64,000 bases of DNA, taken from Squalus acanthias (Eukaryota). Both the position numbers and the translations under genes were made by a program. Under the pieces are notes generated by a model. The model was not told where the DNA came from and ran no database searches. It saw only the letters and a program-made list of their open reading frames with translations. Below, piece after piece: positions 36,460 through 49,414 of this stretch; the first letter of the stretch is position 1; the number at the start of each line of letters is the position of its first letter. The stretch is from NCBI GenBank assembly GCA_030390025.1, contig CM059432.1, forward strand, positions 32,490,001 to 32,554,000. The letters are read 5' to 3'.

Positions 36460-37310
36460 TGTTTCTTGCCGTTTTGTCCTCTCCTGAAGGCCCTGACTTA
36501 GGCAGGGATACAGTTCCCTGGATGTCAGCTGCCCTCTGATACTTCACTTAAGGGGCCATTTTTCTTTTGTAATGTCAGGCAGTGAGTGCCACAAGGCTTT
36601 TTGACTAAAGGCCCTTGTAGCCATGTCCAGTCCTATACTCACTTGCACTTTTCAGCATGGGTTACTGCATACGGTTTAGAAGTGGTAACCCTGGCTCACT
36701 TTTTTTTTTTTAAATCCCTCTAGCCCAAATATGCTGAAGCCAATTATAGCACTTTTGCTACCCTCCTCTTAGATTAGCTGTTGGCACAGACATTGAACCT
36801 CTCGCCTTACTGTTCTGGGCTCAGCATCACACTAGGAAGTGAACTTGCCCACGAAGGAATCGGGATAGCTGTCAAACAGTTTTTAAGATTTTAAAATTTG
36901 TTTATTTGCCTTTTCTTTCTTTTTCTTGCCAACTGTTCTCTCCTCAGGTCTTGAAGGCATGGCATGGTTTCGAGGGGCTATAGGCCCTCTGGTACCTTGT
37001 CTAAATGTGAGCCTTGGTGTTGAGTATCACCAGAATATTCAGCTGCGAGAATCATCACAGCCAAGCCCAGTCCTGTTCTAAGCCAGTGTTCACATAGCGC
37101 ACCCTTCCATTGGGAGTTGCTGGTTAGCCTTCAGGAAAGGGAGTCCTGGTGATTCATCTCCTCCTTAACCCTGAGGTGCTGAAGCCACTTTTGGCACCCT
37201 ACTGCTGCTCTATTGGGATCAGCTAACTCAGCACAGAAAATGGATCAAATTTGGGAACCGCACGGTCTCCGTGGCTTAGCTTCCTATCAGGTCTTAATCT
37301 CAATAGTTTG
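36460..37310 (-). mobile_element. Two degenerate LmeSINE1-like SINEs (other copies at about 39205-39560 +, 46690-46930 +, 51800-52100 -, 54680-55040 -)
   Basis: Shared motifs (GATCAGCTAACTCAGCACAGA, GCCAAGCCCAGTCCTGTTCT) among the copies; family name from remembered consensus. Confidence 0.55.
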
Positions 37311-37768
37311 TGTAATCATTCTAGGAGTTGGTTTATTTTTCTGATTAGGCTTAAAATTCTCTTGGCCAGTGCCTGCTTTGCTAGAGAGGCGATCCTGAGC
37401 AAAGGCCAGTCGTCTCCCTTTGTGGGAGAGGGAAAACAATATGGTGAGATGCTTTCACATGGGTGCTGCCAGGTGGCCTAGGTATAGGCCTCCTTCTGGG
37501 CACAAGATGTGTGTAGTCAAAAACAGGACCAAGGAGATTATCTGGATGAGCTTGCATACTCGCGCAAGATGCTACATACCCTCATTAATAATGGGTGTTG
37601 AAATACTGTATAATTGTACATGAAAGTGTTTGGACTAATCTAGTTTATTGACCACCCTAATGCTCTTGTGCATGGCCTGTTCAAGTTGAGCTTCAGGCTG
37701 ATGTGCCGTATTAATCCAATGGAATAAGTGTAGATATCGACAACCTTATGTGTTTGCTGAAATTACAG

Positions 37769-37845
37769 GACGGAGATCTTTTCTGGCAAGACAGTAACTG
37801 TTGATGAGATCTGCTATGAGCAGGCATGCATTCTTTATAATCTAG
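37769..37845 (+). CDS. PTPN23: PTPN23 exon 4 (TEIFSGKTVTVDEICYEQACILYNL)
   Basis: AG/GT boundaries, 77 nt, Bro1 motif EQACILYNLG. Confidence 0.96.
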
Positions 37846-38029
37846 GTAAGTAGCTGTAATTATTCAGTTGTCGGCTTGTACAGTGCAAGGTCTTGGGCAG
37901 TAATCTATAGCTTTTATTCTCAGTCCTGAAAAGAAGTTTGTTGTTCAGTAGGATTTACAACAGTAACTTTTTCCCCTCTATTTTCACTTGTTAAATAGTG
38001 CGTCTTTTTTAATTTCATGCCTCTTGCTT

Positions 38030-38427
38030 TCTTATTCATTTTCAGGATGTTGACAAGGGTGGCATTTATTACCATCCCTAGCTGCCCTTTGAGAAGGTGG
38101 TGAGGTTTGATAAAACTGAGTGGCTTGCTAGGCCACTTCAGAGGATAGTGAAGAGTCAACCACATTGGTGTGAGACTAGAATCACACATAGGCCAGACCT
38201 AAAGGACATTAGTGAAGCAGTTTGGGTTTTTACAACGATCCAACAACTTCATGGTCATTTACTGGTCCTAGCTTTTTTAAAAAAAAAAAATCAAATCCAG
38301 ATTTTTTTTTTTAAACCAAATTCAAGTTCTCAAACTGCCATGAGGATTTGAACTCGTGTTCTCTAGATTTAGTCCAGGCCCGTCTGCATCACTAGTCCAG
38401 TATTATAACCACTTTGCTGCTCTACCC
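38030..38427 (-). mobile_element. Second tRNA-headed bipartite SINE related to the LINE at 28286-30085
   Basis: Same head and tail as 15889-16292 but a different internal junction. Confidence 0.8.
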
Positions 38428-38862
38428 AGATACTAATATGAACTGTGGGTTGCTAATCCAGCTGACCATACCCAGTCCTACTAGGCTACTGTACTCTTGT
38501 TGCCCCCCCCAAATAAATGACTAATGCCGATTATTATTTTTTTTAAATTGGGTCTCCACAAGATGTATACAAGTAATTTAGGTTAATCTCCATAATTATA
38601 TTTCACTCCTTTCATTTTGGGGAAAAGTTAACTCCATTTTGTCATTTGGCCCAGATGCAACCTTTTTCAAACATGAGCTATTCTGTGGCTTCTCTGAGCG
38701 GGATTGTCATTTAATGCTGAATTAGGATAGTTTGTACTTTAGTCCCATATGCACTAGGAACTGGGTTGAGACTGACTAGACTCATTTCATATGGGACTTG
38801 CAAAGCCAATCCTCTGCATTTTAGGATATTGAACTGGTGTTGATGCTTTGTTTTTCTCCCAG

Positions 38863-38912
38863 GAGCCCTTCACTCAATGCTTGGAGCTGTGGATAACAGA
38901 GTTACCGAGGAG
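38863..38912 (+). CDS. PTPN23: PTPN23 exon 5 (GALHSMLGAVDNRVTEE)
   Basis: AG/GT boundaries, 50 nt, frame continuous. Confidence 0.95.
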
Positions 38913-39030
38913 GTGGGTAATAACATAATCGAGTAACTGCAAAGTGAGCTATTCTTACCGATTCTGCCTTTTTTGTGATGTTTTCTTTAATGACGTGCAC
39001 AATAATTGAATTTCCATTGCCTCCTTGCAG

Positions 39031-39162
39031 GGTATGAAGGTTTCCTGTACACACTTTCAGTGCTCAGCGGGAGCTTTCTCCTACCTACGGGATCACTTCA
39101 GCCACTCTTACAGTGTAGACATGAGCCACCAAATCCTCAACCTTAACATCAACCTCATGCTG
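39031..39162 (+). CDS. PTPN23: PTPN23 exon 6 (GMKVSCTHFQCSAGAFSYLRDHFSHSYSVDMSHQILNLNINLML)
   Basis: AG/GT boundaries, 132 nt, lies within ORF 39025..39354. Confidence 0.96.
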
Positions 39163-40984
39163 GTAAGGACAAAACTCAAGATGGGGTTCAAAGTTTTGCA
39201 AACTTGCATTCTGCCTCCTCCAATTGCTCAACTGGTAAAGCAATGTGTAACTGAGTCATACAGTCCAGATGTTGAGATTTGTTTCCTAGTCTGTATTGAG
39301 TTAGCTCAATACCCCATTAGAGAGGCGACCGTCAGACAGAATTCCTGCTCCTGATTGCTATACTTTATTGGCAAGTGCATGTGTGTGGACATCATGTGAG
39401 GGCAGAAGTTGGCTCATTTGTGATTGCCATTGCAGCCTGCTGAATCTTGCTGCTTGTACTGACCCATAAAGAGTGGCTATTTGGGAGAGGCACCAGGGGA
39501 CAACTGGTGCCATTGAAACTCAAATGAATCATCACCTTTGAGAGGAGGGATGAAAATTTGAACTGCCATTAAAAAGTAAATATTTTGCTGGTGACTGTGT
39601 CCCGCTATTGTGATGTACGAACACATGATTATTTTTGCCTCTTGATAATCGTGATAGAATGCATATCTGGTTTTAACAAGTAATTATGCATTTTGCAACT
39701 GGTGCTATATGTTTTGTCTGCCTATTGGTCCTGTATTCTCTTTGCCACAGTAGAAGAGCAGAGATTTTGGACAGGGCAAGATGTGTTGATGGAAAGGAGC
39801 CAAGTGTTCAGTTAGGCACAATAGCTGTGTAAATAGGGCTTTGAATATTGTTGCCGTAAGGCTGCACATAAAGCATGCGTCTTAATTGTGTAAGTCTGGG
39901 TCTTATAAACATAAGCCTAACAGTGACTGCAATATTAGCGTAAAAATGTTGAATGTGTTTGACACTCCACTGTTTGCTATTTTAATAGGTGTTAACATGT
40001 TTAGAATAAATGGATTAATACCTTTGTTAAAATGGAGAGGAATGTTGCACAAATATATTAAGCGTTTGTACTCTAATATTGCATTGTGTGTAATACATAT
40101 ATCTATTGACTTGCCTCATCATGGATTTCTTTTATTTTTGTTAAACAATAGTATCCTCAAATGTGAAGAGATAACTGTAGAGAGAATTCGTTACGGAAAA
40201 ATTAGTGGAACTCGAGATGGTTAAGTCACCGAACCATGATTGCATACACCCTTGGGTATTGAAGGAAGTCAGAAAGGAGCATTTATGTTATTGCAGGTGC
40301 CAGCACTGTGAAGGAGTTATTTGAATGACTAACCTGTTGGCTGACTTTCATTTGAGGTGTTCTTGCAGCTTTGGTGTGAATGAGGCATAAGTTCTGCAGG
40401 GTCTTGCACTTCAATCATTGAAATTTTGTTTTGCGAGGATGGGAAAGATATCTAAGTTCCTGGGCAAAGTGCATTAGCTAGTGTAATAACAAAAAATACT
40501 TTCTTTCAGATAAAGGAACAAGATATTTTTTCCAATTGCTAGTTGTACATCTAGCCAAGATTTGAAAATTACGCAGCCTGTTAAATGCAATAAAGCCGCA
40601 ACTGACTATTTTAAAATGTCTCAGCTACCATAAAAATCAGCAAACAAACTGCACTTGCAGGTTTTTGTCATCTTGGATGTGATTCAAGAGCAGCACATTT
40701 TTAAGTGTCTTTCATGCAATGAAGCGTCTCTAAAGGATCTTTACAGGGAGACTGCTGGCCACTGAGCGGCAAGCAAAGAGAAGTTAGTTGAAGTGATCAA
40801 AAGCGCAGTCAAAATGGTAAGCTTTCAGAATGTAAAGACAGGTTTTGAAAAAGAATTCTGAGTTGGGGAGCATGGTAGTTTGAAGGCTATGCCAGCAATA
40901 GTATTGGGAAAGAGACACGGTGGACCACATTACGAAGAGCAGAGGGTGCGTGCATGCATGGTAAAAGCAACTTGCGTTTAAATA

Positions 40985-42771
40985 GAACATAGAACAGTAC
41001 AGTACAGGCCCTTCGGCCCTCGATGTTGTGCCGAGCATTGTCCGAAACCAAGATCAAGCTATCCCACTCCCTATCATTCTGGTGTGCTCCATGTGCTTAT
41101 CCAATAACCGCTTGAAAGTTCCTAAAGTGTCCGACTCCACTATCACAACAGGCAGTCCATTCCACACCCCAACCACTCTGAGTAAAGAATTTACCTCGGG
41201 CATCCCTTCTATATCTCCCCCCCCCATGCACCTTATAGTTATGCCCCCTTGTAACAGCTACATCCACCCGAGGAAATAGTCTCTGAACATCCACTCTATC
41301 TATCCCCCTCATCATCTTATAAACCTCTATTAAGTCGCCTCTCATCCTCCTCCGCTCTAAAGAGAAAAGCCCTAGCTCCCTCAATCTTTCCTCGTAAGAC
41401 CTCCCCCCCCCCCCCCCCCCCCCCCAAAACCAGGCAGCATCCTGGTAAATCTCCTTTGCACTCTTTCTAATGCTTCCACGTCCTTCCTATAGTGAGGTGA
41501 CCAGAACTGCACACACTATTCCAAATGTGGTCTCACCAAGGTCCTGTACAGTTGCAGCATAACCTCACGATTCTTAAATTCAAACCCCTTGTTAATAAAC
41601 GCTAACACACTATAGGCCTTCTTTACTGCTCTATCCACTTGAGTGGCAGCCTTCAGAGATCTGTGGATATGAACCCCCAGATCCCTCTGTTCCTCAGAAC
41701 CCTGCCGTTGACCCTGTAATCCTGTAATTTGCCCTACCAAAATGAATCACCTCGCACTTATCAGGGTTAAATTCCATCTGTCATTTTTCGGCCCAGCTCT
41801 GCATCCTATCAATGTCTCTTTGCAGCCTACAACAGCCCTCCACCTCATCCACTACTCCACCAATCTTGGTGTCATCAGCAAATTTACTGATCCACCCTTC
41901 AGTCCCCTCCTCCAAGTCATTGATAAAAATCACAAACAGCAGAGGACCCAGCACCGACCCCTGTGGCACACCGCTGGTAACTGGTCTCCAGTCCGAAAAT
42001 TTTCCATCCACCACCACCCTCTGCCTTCTATGAAATAGCCAGTTACTTATCCAATCGGCCAAATTTCCCTCTATCCCACAACTCCTTACTTTCTTCCTGA
42101 GCCGACCATGGGGAACCTTATCAAACGTCTTACTAAAATCCATGTATACGACATCAACTGCTCTACCTTCATCTACGCATTTAGTTACCTCCTCAAAGAA
42201 TTCAATCAAATTTGTTAGGCAAGACTTACCCTTCACGAATCCGTGTTGACTATCCCGGATTAAGTTGCATCTTTCCAAATGGTCATAAATCCTATCCCTC
42301 AGGACCTTTTCCATTATCTTACCAACCACCGAAGTAAGACTAACCGGCCTATAATTACCAGGGTCATTCCTATTTCCTTTCTTGGAGAGGAACAACATTC
42401 GCCACTCTCCAGTCCTCTGGCACCATCCCTGTGGACAGTGAGGACCCAAAGATCAAAGGCTCTGCAATCTCCTTCCTTGCCTCCCAAAGAATCCTAGGAT
42501 ATATCCCATCTGGCCCAGGGGACTTATCGACCCTCAGGTTCTTCAAAATTGCTAAAACATCTTCCCTCAGAACATCTACCTCCTCCAGCCTATCCACCTT
42601 TATCACACTCTCATCCTGAAAAACATGGCCCCTCTCCTCGGTGAACACTGACGAAAAGTATTCATTCATCACCTCTCCTATCTCTTCTGACTCCATGCAC
42701 AAGTTCCCACTACTGTCCTTGACCGGCCCTACCCTCACCCTGGTCATTCTTTTATTTCTCACATAAGAGTA
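40985..42771 (-). mobile_element. 5'-truncated CR1 LINE inserted in the tail of an L2 fragment (the L2 continues at about 42777-43400)
   Basis: ORFs 41781..42449 (RT) and 42370..42843; short AAATA duplication at the flanks. Confidence 0.92.
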
Positions 42772-43520
42772 AAATAATATCTTTAATGTATAAAAATGTC
42801 CCCAGGCACACTGGTACAAACAAATAAAAGGACACTGTGCCAAAGGAGGAGTTATTGGGTAAGGTGACCAGAAGCTTGGATTACAGAGGTGGTTTATAAG
42901 GAAGGAAGGTACTGGAGAGGTAGAGGTGTAATTCTAGAATGTGGGCCCGTCATTGGTGGGGTGAGGGAGCGGGGAATACACAACAAGTCAGAGTTGGAGG
43001 AGCGGAGAGTTCCAGGAGAGGGGGGTATGGTTGTACTACTGGAGAAGGTTGCACCACTTGAGTGATGTAAACACAGGAATTTTAAATGGGGGCTGGTGGG
43101 GGAGCCAGTGTGCTTCGGTGAGGACTGGGGTGATGGGCGAGCAGGACTTGGATGCGCGATAGGATGTGGGCAGCAGAGTTTTGGATGAGTTGAAGTTTAC
43201 AGAGGGTGGAGAATGGGAGGTTGGTCGAGAAAGAATTGGAATAATCAGAGTCTGGAGATGACGGACATGAATGAGGGTTTTAGCGGCAGGTGGACTGAGT
43301 TGGTGGCAAAGGTGGGCGATTTGTTATGGAGGTGAAAGTAAGCAGACTTGGTGATAGAGACCATATGGGGTTGGCGCTCAGCTGGGGGTTGAATAGGACA
43401 CTAAAGTTGCCATAAGGGCTGGAGAAGACTACAGAGGTAGTAATGACATGGAAGATTTCTTTCTTTGAAGATGTTAATGCTGGGGCCCAGGCAGCCAGTG
43501 AAAATTGGCAAGGGTACTCC

Positions 43521-43646
43521 TAGAAACATAGAAGATAGGAGCAGGAGTAGGCCATTCGGCCCCTCGAGCCTGCTCCGCCATTCGATGAGATCATGGCTGA
43601 TCATCCAAACTCAGTACCCTGTCCCTGCCTTCTCCCCATATCCCTT
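43521..43646 (-). mobile_element. 126-bp CR1 3' end identical to 23233-23358
   Basis: Base-for-base identity by eye; TACTC flanking duplication. Confidence 0.88.
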
Positions 43647-43917
43647 ACTCGCACTGTTGGAAGCAAATCATTTGCCTCCCTGGTGTGGTTAAAAATGCAT
43701 CATTTGCATTGCTACAGTACATTCTCTTATTTAAAAGATGTAGCATTAATTTTAAAAATTTACATCAACTGCATTCCCAATCGACAAACTGCAAAGTGAC
43801 TCTGTTTTCGCTTAAATAAAAAGGTCAGTCATTAATGGCTTATGCAATGGTTTTTGTTGAAATAGATACTAGAAATTATTTTTCAATGATCACAGTCTGC
43901 TGTCTCATTACTTTTAG

Positions 43918-43998
43918 GGACAAGCTCAGGAGTGTCTGCTGGAAAAGTCTATGCTGGACAACAGAAAAAGTTTTCTAGTAGCAAGAATCAGTGCCCAG
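43918..43998 (+). CDS. PTPN23: PTPN23 exon 7 (GQAQECLLEKSMLDNRKSFLVARISAQ)
   Basis: AG/GT boundaries, 81 nt, Bro1 QAQEC motif. Confidence 0.97.
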
Positions 43999-45300
43999 GT
44001 AAGTGTATGTAACCTTAAAGGAATATTGTATGGCTTGCACTGAGTTAGTATCTTCATGAAAGATTTGAGATGAGGAATAATGCAAATTTCTAGGTTATTC
44101 CAAGAGTGAGGAGAACATAAAACCTGAGTGAAAAAGCCTATTAGATCCATAAAGTCCACTCCTACAGCCAAATGTGCTCAATCTTAGATTATTTCTCTCC
44201 TTCCCATTCCAACCAAAAATCTCTGTACACTCATCTATTTGTATCTCTACCTCAATATTTTTTGACTTTTTAAAGATATCAATTGGCTAGCGATTAACTC
44301 CAGTTTTTCTGTTGGTCTGTTCCACATCTCTGGGTGGGGGTGGGGGAGGGGGGGAACAAAAATAATCTTCTAATCTGGTTTGAGACGTGTGAATTTTTGT
44401 AATTGTATTCTCAAGTTCTGACCTCGCTACTCAAATAAAATAGCCTGCTTGCCTCTACCTTTTATAGCTGTTCTTATTGTAAAGATCGTATCATGTTACC
44501 TGTCTTTTCTTCAGTCAAAATGTGTTCAGTAGATTGAGTCCTTTATAATTTAGACCCCTCTGATCTGGGGTCATCCTTTTCTGAACTTTAATAATTTTTG
44601 AGGTAACATGGCCAAAACTGCACATGTGACCTATATGTCATTATATTTTGTTCTGACTTGTGTGCTCTACATGTACTGCAGTTCCTGATTTTCCTTTTTA
44701 ACAAATGCTTCATATTGAAGTCCTGATAATATGGGAGTGGGTAATTTTGTTTTAATTTTGGAGACACATTTGTAAAAGCATGAAGTGGAGGTGCCTTCGA
44801 CTCACCCCCCAAACTGTCTCGTTTCCCAGTGGCACTGATCCACAGCTGTCTTTTAAATATTGGATTGAAACCTGCCTCTGGTGCCTTCAGTGCAAACTTA
44901 AAGGAGGAGGAGAAAAATAAAAGACACGACTGCTGCCAACGGACCAGAAGCGGACTGCGCATGCGCGCTGCCGGTTTCTCACTGGAGCGGGTTCGTTTAT
45001 AAAAATAAAAATGTTTTAAATGCAGGGAGGGAGCGGGCTGTGAGGAAAAATGCTGTGGGGGGAAAAAATAAGCTACCGGTTGCAGATTAATGCGCAATAC
45101 GCTTCTGCACAGCTTCCGGTCGTTGGCAGGAGTCACTCCGAAAATAAAAACACTGGCCGCAGTTGCTGCTAACTTTTGCTTTTACTCTCATTTTGAGGTG
45201 TGCAATTTTTTGTTGGTTTTAAACTTGATGAGTCAGGAAAACATGCATCTTGAAAATATGGAGGATTGGGCTATACATTTACAGTTTGCATTGTTGCCAG

Positions 45301-45432
45301 GTGGTTGATTATTATAAGGAAGCTTGTCGTGCCCTGGAAAACTCCGAGACTGCTTCACTTATTGGGAAATTTCAGAAAGACTGGAAGAAGCTGGTACAGA
45401 TGAAGATTTATTACTATGCTGCAGTCGCACAT
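45301..45432 (+). CDS. PTPN23: PTPN23 exon 8 (VVDYYKEACRALENSETASLIGKFQKDWKKLVQMKIYYYAAVAH)
   Basis: AG/GT boundaries, 132 nt, lies within ORF 45250..45567. Confidence 0.97.
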
Positions 45433-45892
45433 GTAAGTAGCATCGTGTGGAAAATGGAAGACTCTGAATTTCAGTCTGGGGTTCTGCAAGAACACACTTT
45501 CCTTCTGCAATCCTCCTTCATCCCTGAGTTTTCTCATTTTTCCCTGGAAGACCTGCCTCTTGCCTAGACACTGACTGCCATCCTGCACCTTATGACAGTA
45601 GCAGTTCTGAAGAGCAAGCCTGAGCAATGAGTCTTGTTGAGCTTTTCAGTCATAAAGGGCATTTTGTTCTTGACCAGTGTCTGGATGTACATATCTGGGA
45701 CCTTTTTGATCTCTATGGATTAGCACAATAATTAGTGCTGCCTTTACCCACTAGGCAATTGGCAGAACTCAAAAACACTTTATTTTGAATGAGTGCCCTC
45801 AAATTGCTGTAAAATGTAGTGTAATAAACAAGTCCCATCCCTATTTTACAGTTGCTATTTTGATAAAAGCCCTATAATTTGCACACTTGTCA

Positions 45893-46290
45893 GGGTACAG
45901 AATTGGATGGCTAGGTGCCATGGCAGGCTTTGTCTTTTCACTTCTGGACCTTGGGACTGAATTCAGCTCAAACTTGTTGTTTGAAAGTCTCATCTTTCTG
46001 CTGACTAAGGTTTCTTAGTGAAATTACTTTTGGGCAATCTCACTCCAGTTCTTATTAGGTGTGGGTTCAGAGCTCAAAACTGCCTTTAACTCAGTACAGT
46101 TCAGTACTAAATTGGCAAAATCACTCTGATGTTGCGAGGATGGCTGGTCTAGGAAGTGAAAATATCCATCCAGGTGGATTATGGGGTACTCTTCTGAGGG
46201 TGGGTTAAACCATCTTGGTGGGTGGAGTAGGGTGAGTTTTACTTTGCTACTAGTCTGCTTGATGCTGACATTGGGTGTTAAACAGTGGAA
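45893..46290 (+). mobile_element. LF-SINE-like relic (related pieces at 38751-38795 -, about 53620-53800 -, about 55605-55812 -)
   Basis: Motifs GTGAAAT...TCTCACTCCAGTTCTTA, AATTTGGCACTAATTGGCA and GGGTTAAGGCACATTG recall the LF-SINE consensus. Confidence 0.55.
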
Positions 46291-47039
46291 AGATTTGTAG
46301 TCGTGTAATTCATCTTAAACGACATGGAAAGGGTTACCCTGTGCTATAAATCCTTACTTGAAATAAATATTGGATAGCCTGGAAGTCATCTGGCCTCTTG
46401 GTTAGTACCTTTTCAGAAGAGGTGTTTTTAGGCCATATAATGCATACTTGCTTGTGGCAAATAGGAAGAGTAGTGGAGACCAGGGGTAGGATGCTTGCTG
46501 CCATGGGCACAGAAGGTTTGTAGTTTTCTTTGACCTGTATGAGAAGAAAAATAAATAGCTGTGGACTTTGACGCCTAGGGGGAAGAGAGAGAACTTTTTT
46601 AAAAAAAAACTAAGATAATAGAGATGGCTGTGATGGGGGCACAACAGTTGGCCTTGGGTCCCTGGATTATGGAGTATAATAATCAGCCACATTTTTATTT
46701 ATTTTTATTTGTTGCTATCCTGTGAATCCTGCTTAAAAGTGTGTGTGTGGATATTAGGTAAGGGCAGGATAAAACTCAGCTGTGCCCTCTGACTCCTGTG
46801 ATCAAATATGCCACCAATGCTCATTGTCTAGATATATATGTGAAGACTAGCTAATTAGATGAGGGATGCCCTCTCCTGTTGGAGCATACACCAGAAAAGA
46901 GTTGGTGCCTACAGGAGATGAGCTGGGGCAGGTAAGAGGAGAAATATATGTTGAAGGTAAGCATAATTATCTGGTGAAAGTTAATTATGCTGGATCCTTT
47001 TAAGTGACGCATACAAATGTGAAACTTGTTTCCGCATGT

Positions 47040-47150
47040 CTGCTCAGTTGGTCAAGCTCCCGACTTGGGGGCCAGAAGGTATTGTGTTCAAATCCCAATG
47101 GGGTTCACTCAGCCTTTCGGCCTCTGAGGTGCATTAAATGAGTACCATGT
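47040..47150 (+). mobile_element. Degenerate tRNA SINE with Meta-SINE-like core
   Basis: GCTCAGTTGG (A box), GTTCAAATCC (B box), ACTCAGCCTTTC...GAGGT...AAATGAGTACC. Confidence 0.55.
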
Positions 47151-48666
47151 CTCAGGACATAGGGAGAAAGTAGAGGACTTCAGGAATTGAGCAGGGCTTA
47201 CTACACGGTTCAGTATCGCTTGGCTGTTTGCCAGTGGAAGCAGGATCAGTGTTGCACTCAGTGGGTGTTTCTGCCCAATGAAGATCAACCTTGATTCAGG
47301 TAATCCCTGTCTGACAGAACTAATTGTGAAGAATACTGTGTTTTGGTCACATTTAAGAAAACTTACTGTTGGAGGAAGGATGTTCTTACTTAGAATTTGC
47401 TCTTCAAAATAATGGGGTTCACAGCATTAACTGTTAGATGTTAAAGATTTATTAAGCATACAATAATGATTAACAATAATTAAACATATACTTAACAGCA
47501 GCACTTGCAGCAAAACCTTGCGTGTTTATAGCTGGAGAATCCAAAGACAGCTCTGAGCTCGGTGTACTTGGTTGCTCAGACCTTAATCGAATTCCAAAGC
47601 ATCTGTTGCAACACCCACTTTTTATACCTTTTTTTCCAAGCAATCTACCTGACAAACCACACGTTTTTTTTGTATTACCTAATACTATTCCATACAAGAT
47701 TAATCTTAATGAGCTGCTTCTTTATCAATAACTTTAGTTTTACCAAGTTCTTTTTACGTAGGCTGGTATAACTCCTCAACTTTATTTCTCAGACGGGCTT
47801 CTTCAAGGCCTTCCTTCTAATAAATGAACAAAGGGAGCTTTTCTGCCTGTTCTGTGGCTGTGACCATTTCATACCAATCTCCTGCTTTTGAAAAGGATGA
47901 TGTAATCCCTTCTGCAGAACTCATCAACTAATTAAAGTTCTCTTTAGTATTCACTAGAATATCTTTTAATTAGGATTCCTTTAATCTTAATTCAACAATT
48001 CAGTAGTCATTGCATCTATATTAAGCATACATGTATATAAAAAAAAAAGCATATCTGTCTTATTATAACATTAGCCCGCGCACCTTATGGGGAACGTTGT
48101 CCTCAACCTTCTGACTGAGGCAAGAATGCTCCCCATTGTGCCATTTGGGTTAACTAACTCTGGTGATTTGTAGTGAAACACCTACAGAAGGATATAATCA
48201 GGTTTTAGGTTCAGTTGTAAGTAGCACATTGAGTGTTAGTGCTATTTTTCTACATTGAGGGGGATTGGATTAGTATCCTTGGTACTGTTATCTTGCCTAT
48301 TGAATTTGTCTGTCCTTTGTAGCCCAACCGTGCAGCATTGTGTTTATTTTATTTCTTTCTGAAGTCAGAGATTACCTTTTGTGGCATATCCAGTATGCCA
48401 AAATTTAGTGACCAGGGCTTCTGTTCAACCCTTGAACTCGGTACAGTTACTTAGATATTGGACTAGTGAAGGAACAATCTGGGCGAGGGCTTATTATGGG
48501 TGTGCACTTTGGCACTGAACCCGAGAAGGATATCTGAGTAAAAAGCTGTAAAATGTAAGGCTAGTTCAGTTGTTCTGATAATTATTCCCTCTTCCTAGTC
48601 ACTGGATTTTTCTAGCTCCTCCTGCTAATTAGCAGTCTCAAGACTTTTCTTTATACTTTATTGCAG

Positions 48667-48714
48667 CTACATATGGGTAAGCAATCTGAAGAACAACAAA
48701 AATATGGAGAAAGG
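48667..48714 (+). CDS. PTPN23: PTPN23 exon 9 (LHMGKQSEEQQKYGER)
   Basis: ttgcag acceptor, gtgagt donor, 48 nt. Confidence 0.95.
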
Positions 48715-48853
48715 GTGAGTAGAAAATGTTCTGCACCATTTTTGTTCCTCGCGGTTTGTGAAGTGAGTCTGTAGTTGGATTGAAATGTGTGTTTGCCCGA
48801 CTATCTGTTATAGTGTGTTTTAAAAACATGTGGCTCTTGTTATTTCACTGCAG

Positions 48854-48910
48854 CTTGCTTACTTTCAAAGTTCATTGGACAAGTTGAATGAAGCAGTCAA
48901 GTATGCAAAG
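48854..48910 (+). CDS. PTPN23: PTPN23 exon 10 (LAYFQSSLDKLNEAVKYAK)
   Basis: AG/GT boundaries, 57 nt. Confidence 0.95.
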
Positions 48911-49375
48911 GTGAGCTTTTGGAGTCCTTCAGGTTTTTTTTTGTCTGACGATAAACTTTTAAGCAGTACAAAATGTTGCTATTGCAGGATGTTCAGAGAG
49001 CACATGCTCGGTTTTTTAAAAATTATGATTTAGCGTCCTTTTTAAGTGCCGATGAAGGGTCACGCCTCCAACATTAAGCTTTCTGTCTATCTCAGATGCT
49101 GTTGTGTATTTCTAACATTTTCTGCAATTATGGATTTCTGGCATTTGCGGTTTTTCTTCAAACTTAGGGTCTTTCCCCTTTAGTTTTTAACTTCCCTGAA
49201 TATTTTGTTTAGTTGGTAAGACTGATATTGTGGGAATTTGCTTAGAGGATGAGCTGATCAGTGCGATGGGGCTGGACTAATGTCATAGTCCAAAGTGCAC
49301 CACACATTTGAACAGTTAATTTAACTCCCTTCCACTAAGGTTCAGTAATTGTCTTCCATCCCTCCCTTTCTGCTA

Positions 49376-49414
49376 CGATAGCAAAATACTGCAGATGCTG
49401 GAAATCCGAAATAA
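49376..49414 (-). mobile_element. 39-bp Penelope 3'-terminal micro-insertion
   Basis: Identical to 1455-1493; flanked by CTGCTA direct repeat. Confidence 0.8.

Noticed and set aside
44588..45136. 182-aa minus-strand ORF in intron 7
   Set aside because: Spans an old CR1 fragment and a GC-rich MITE-like remnant; no coherent protein
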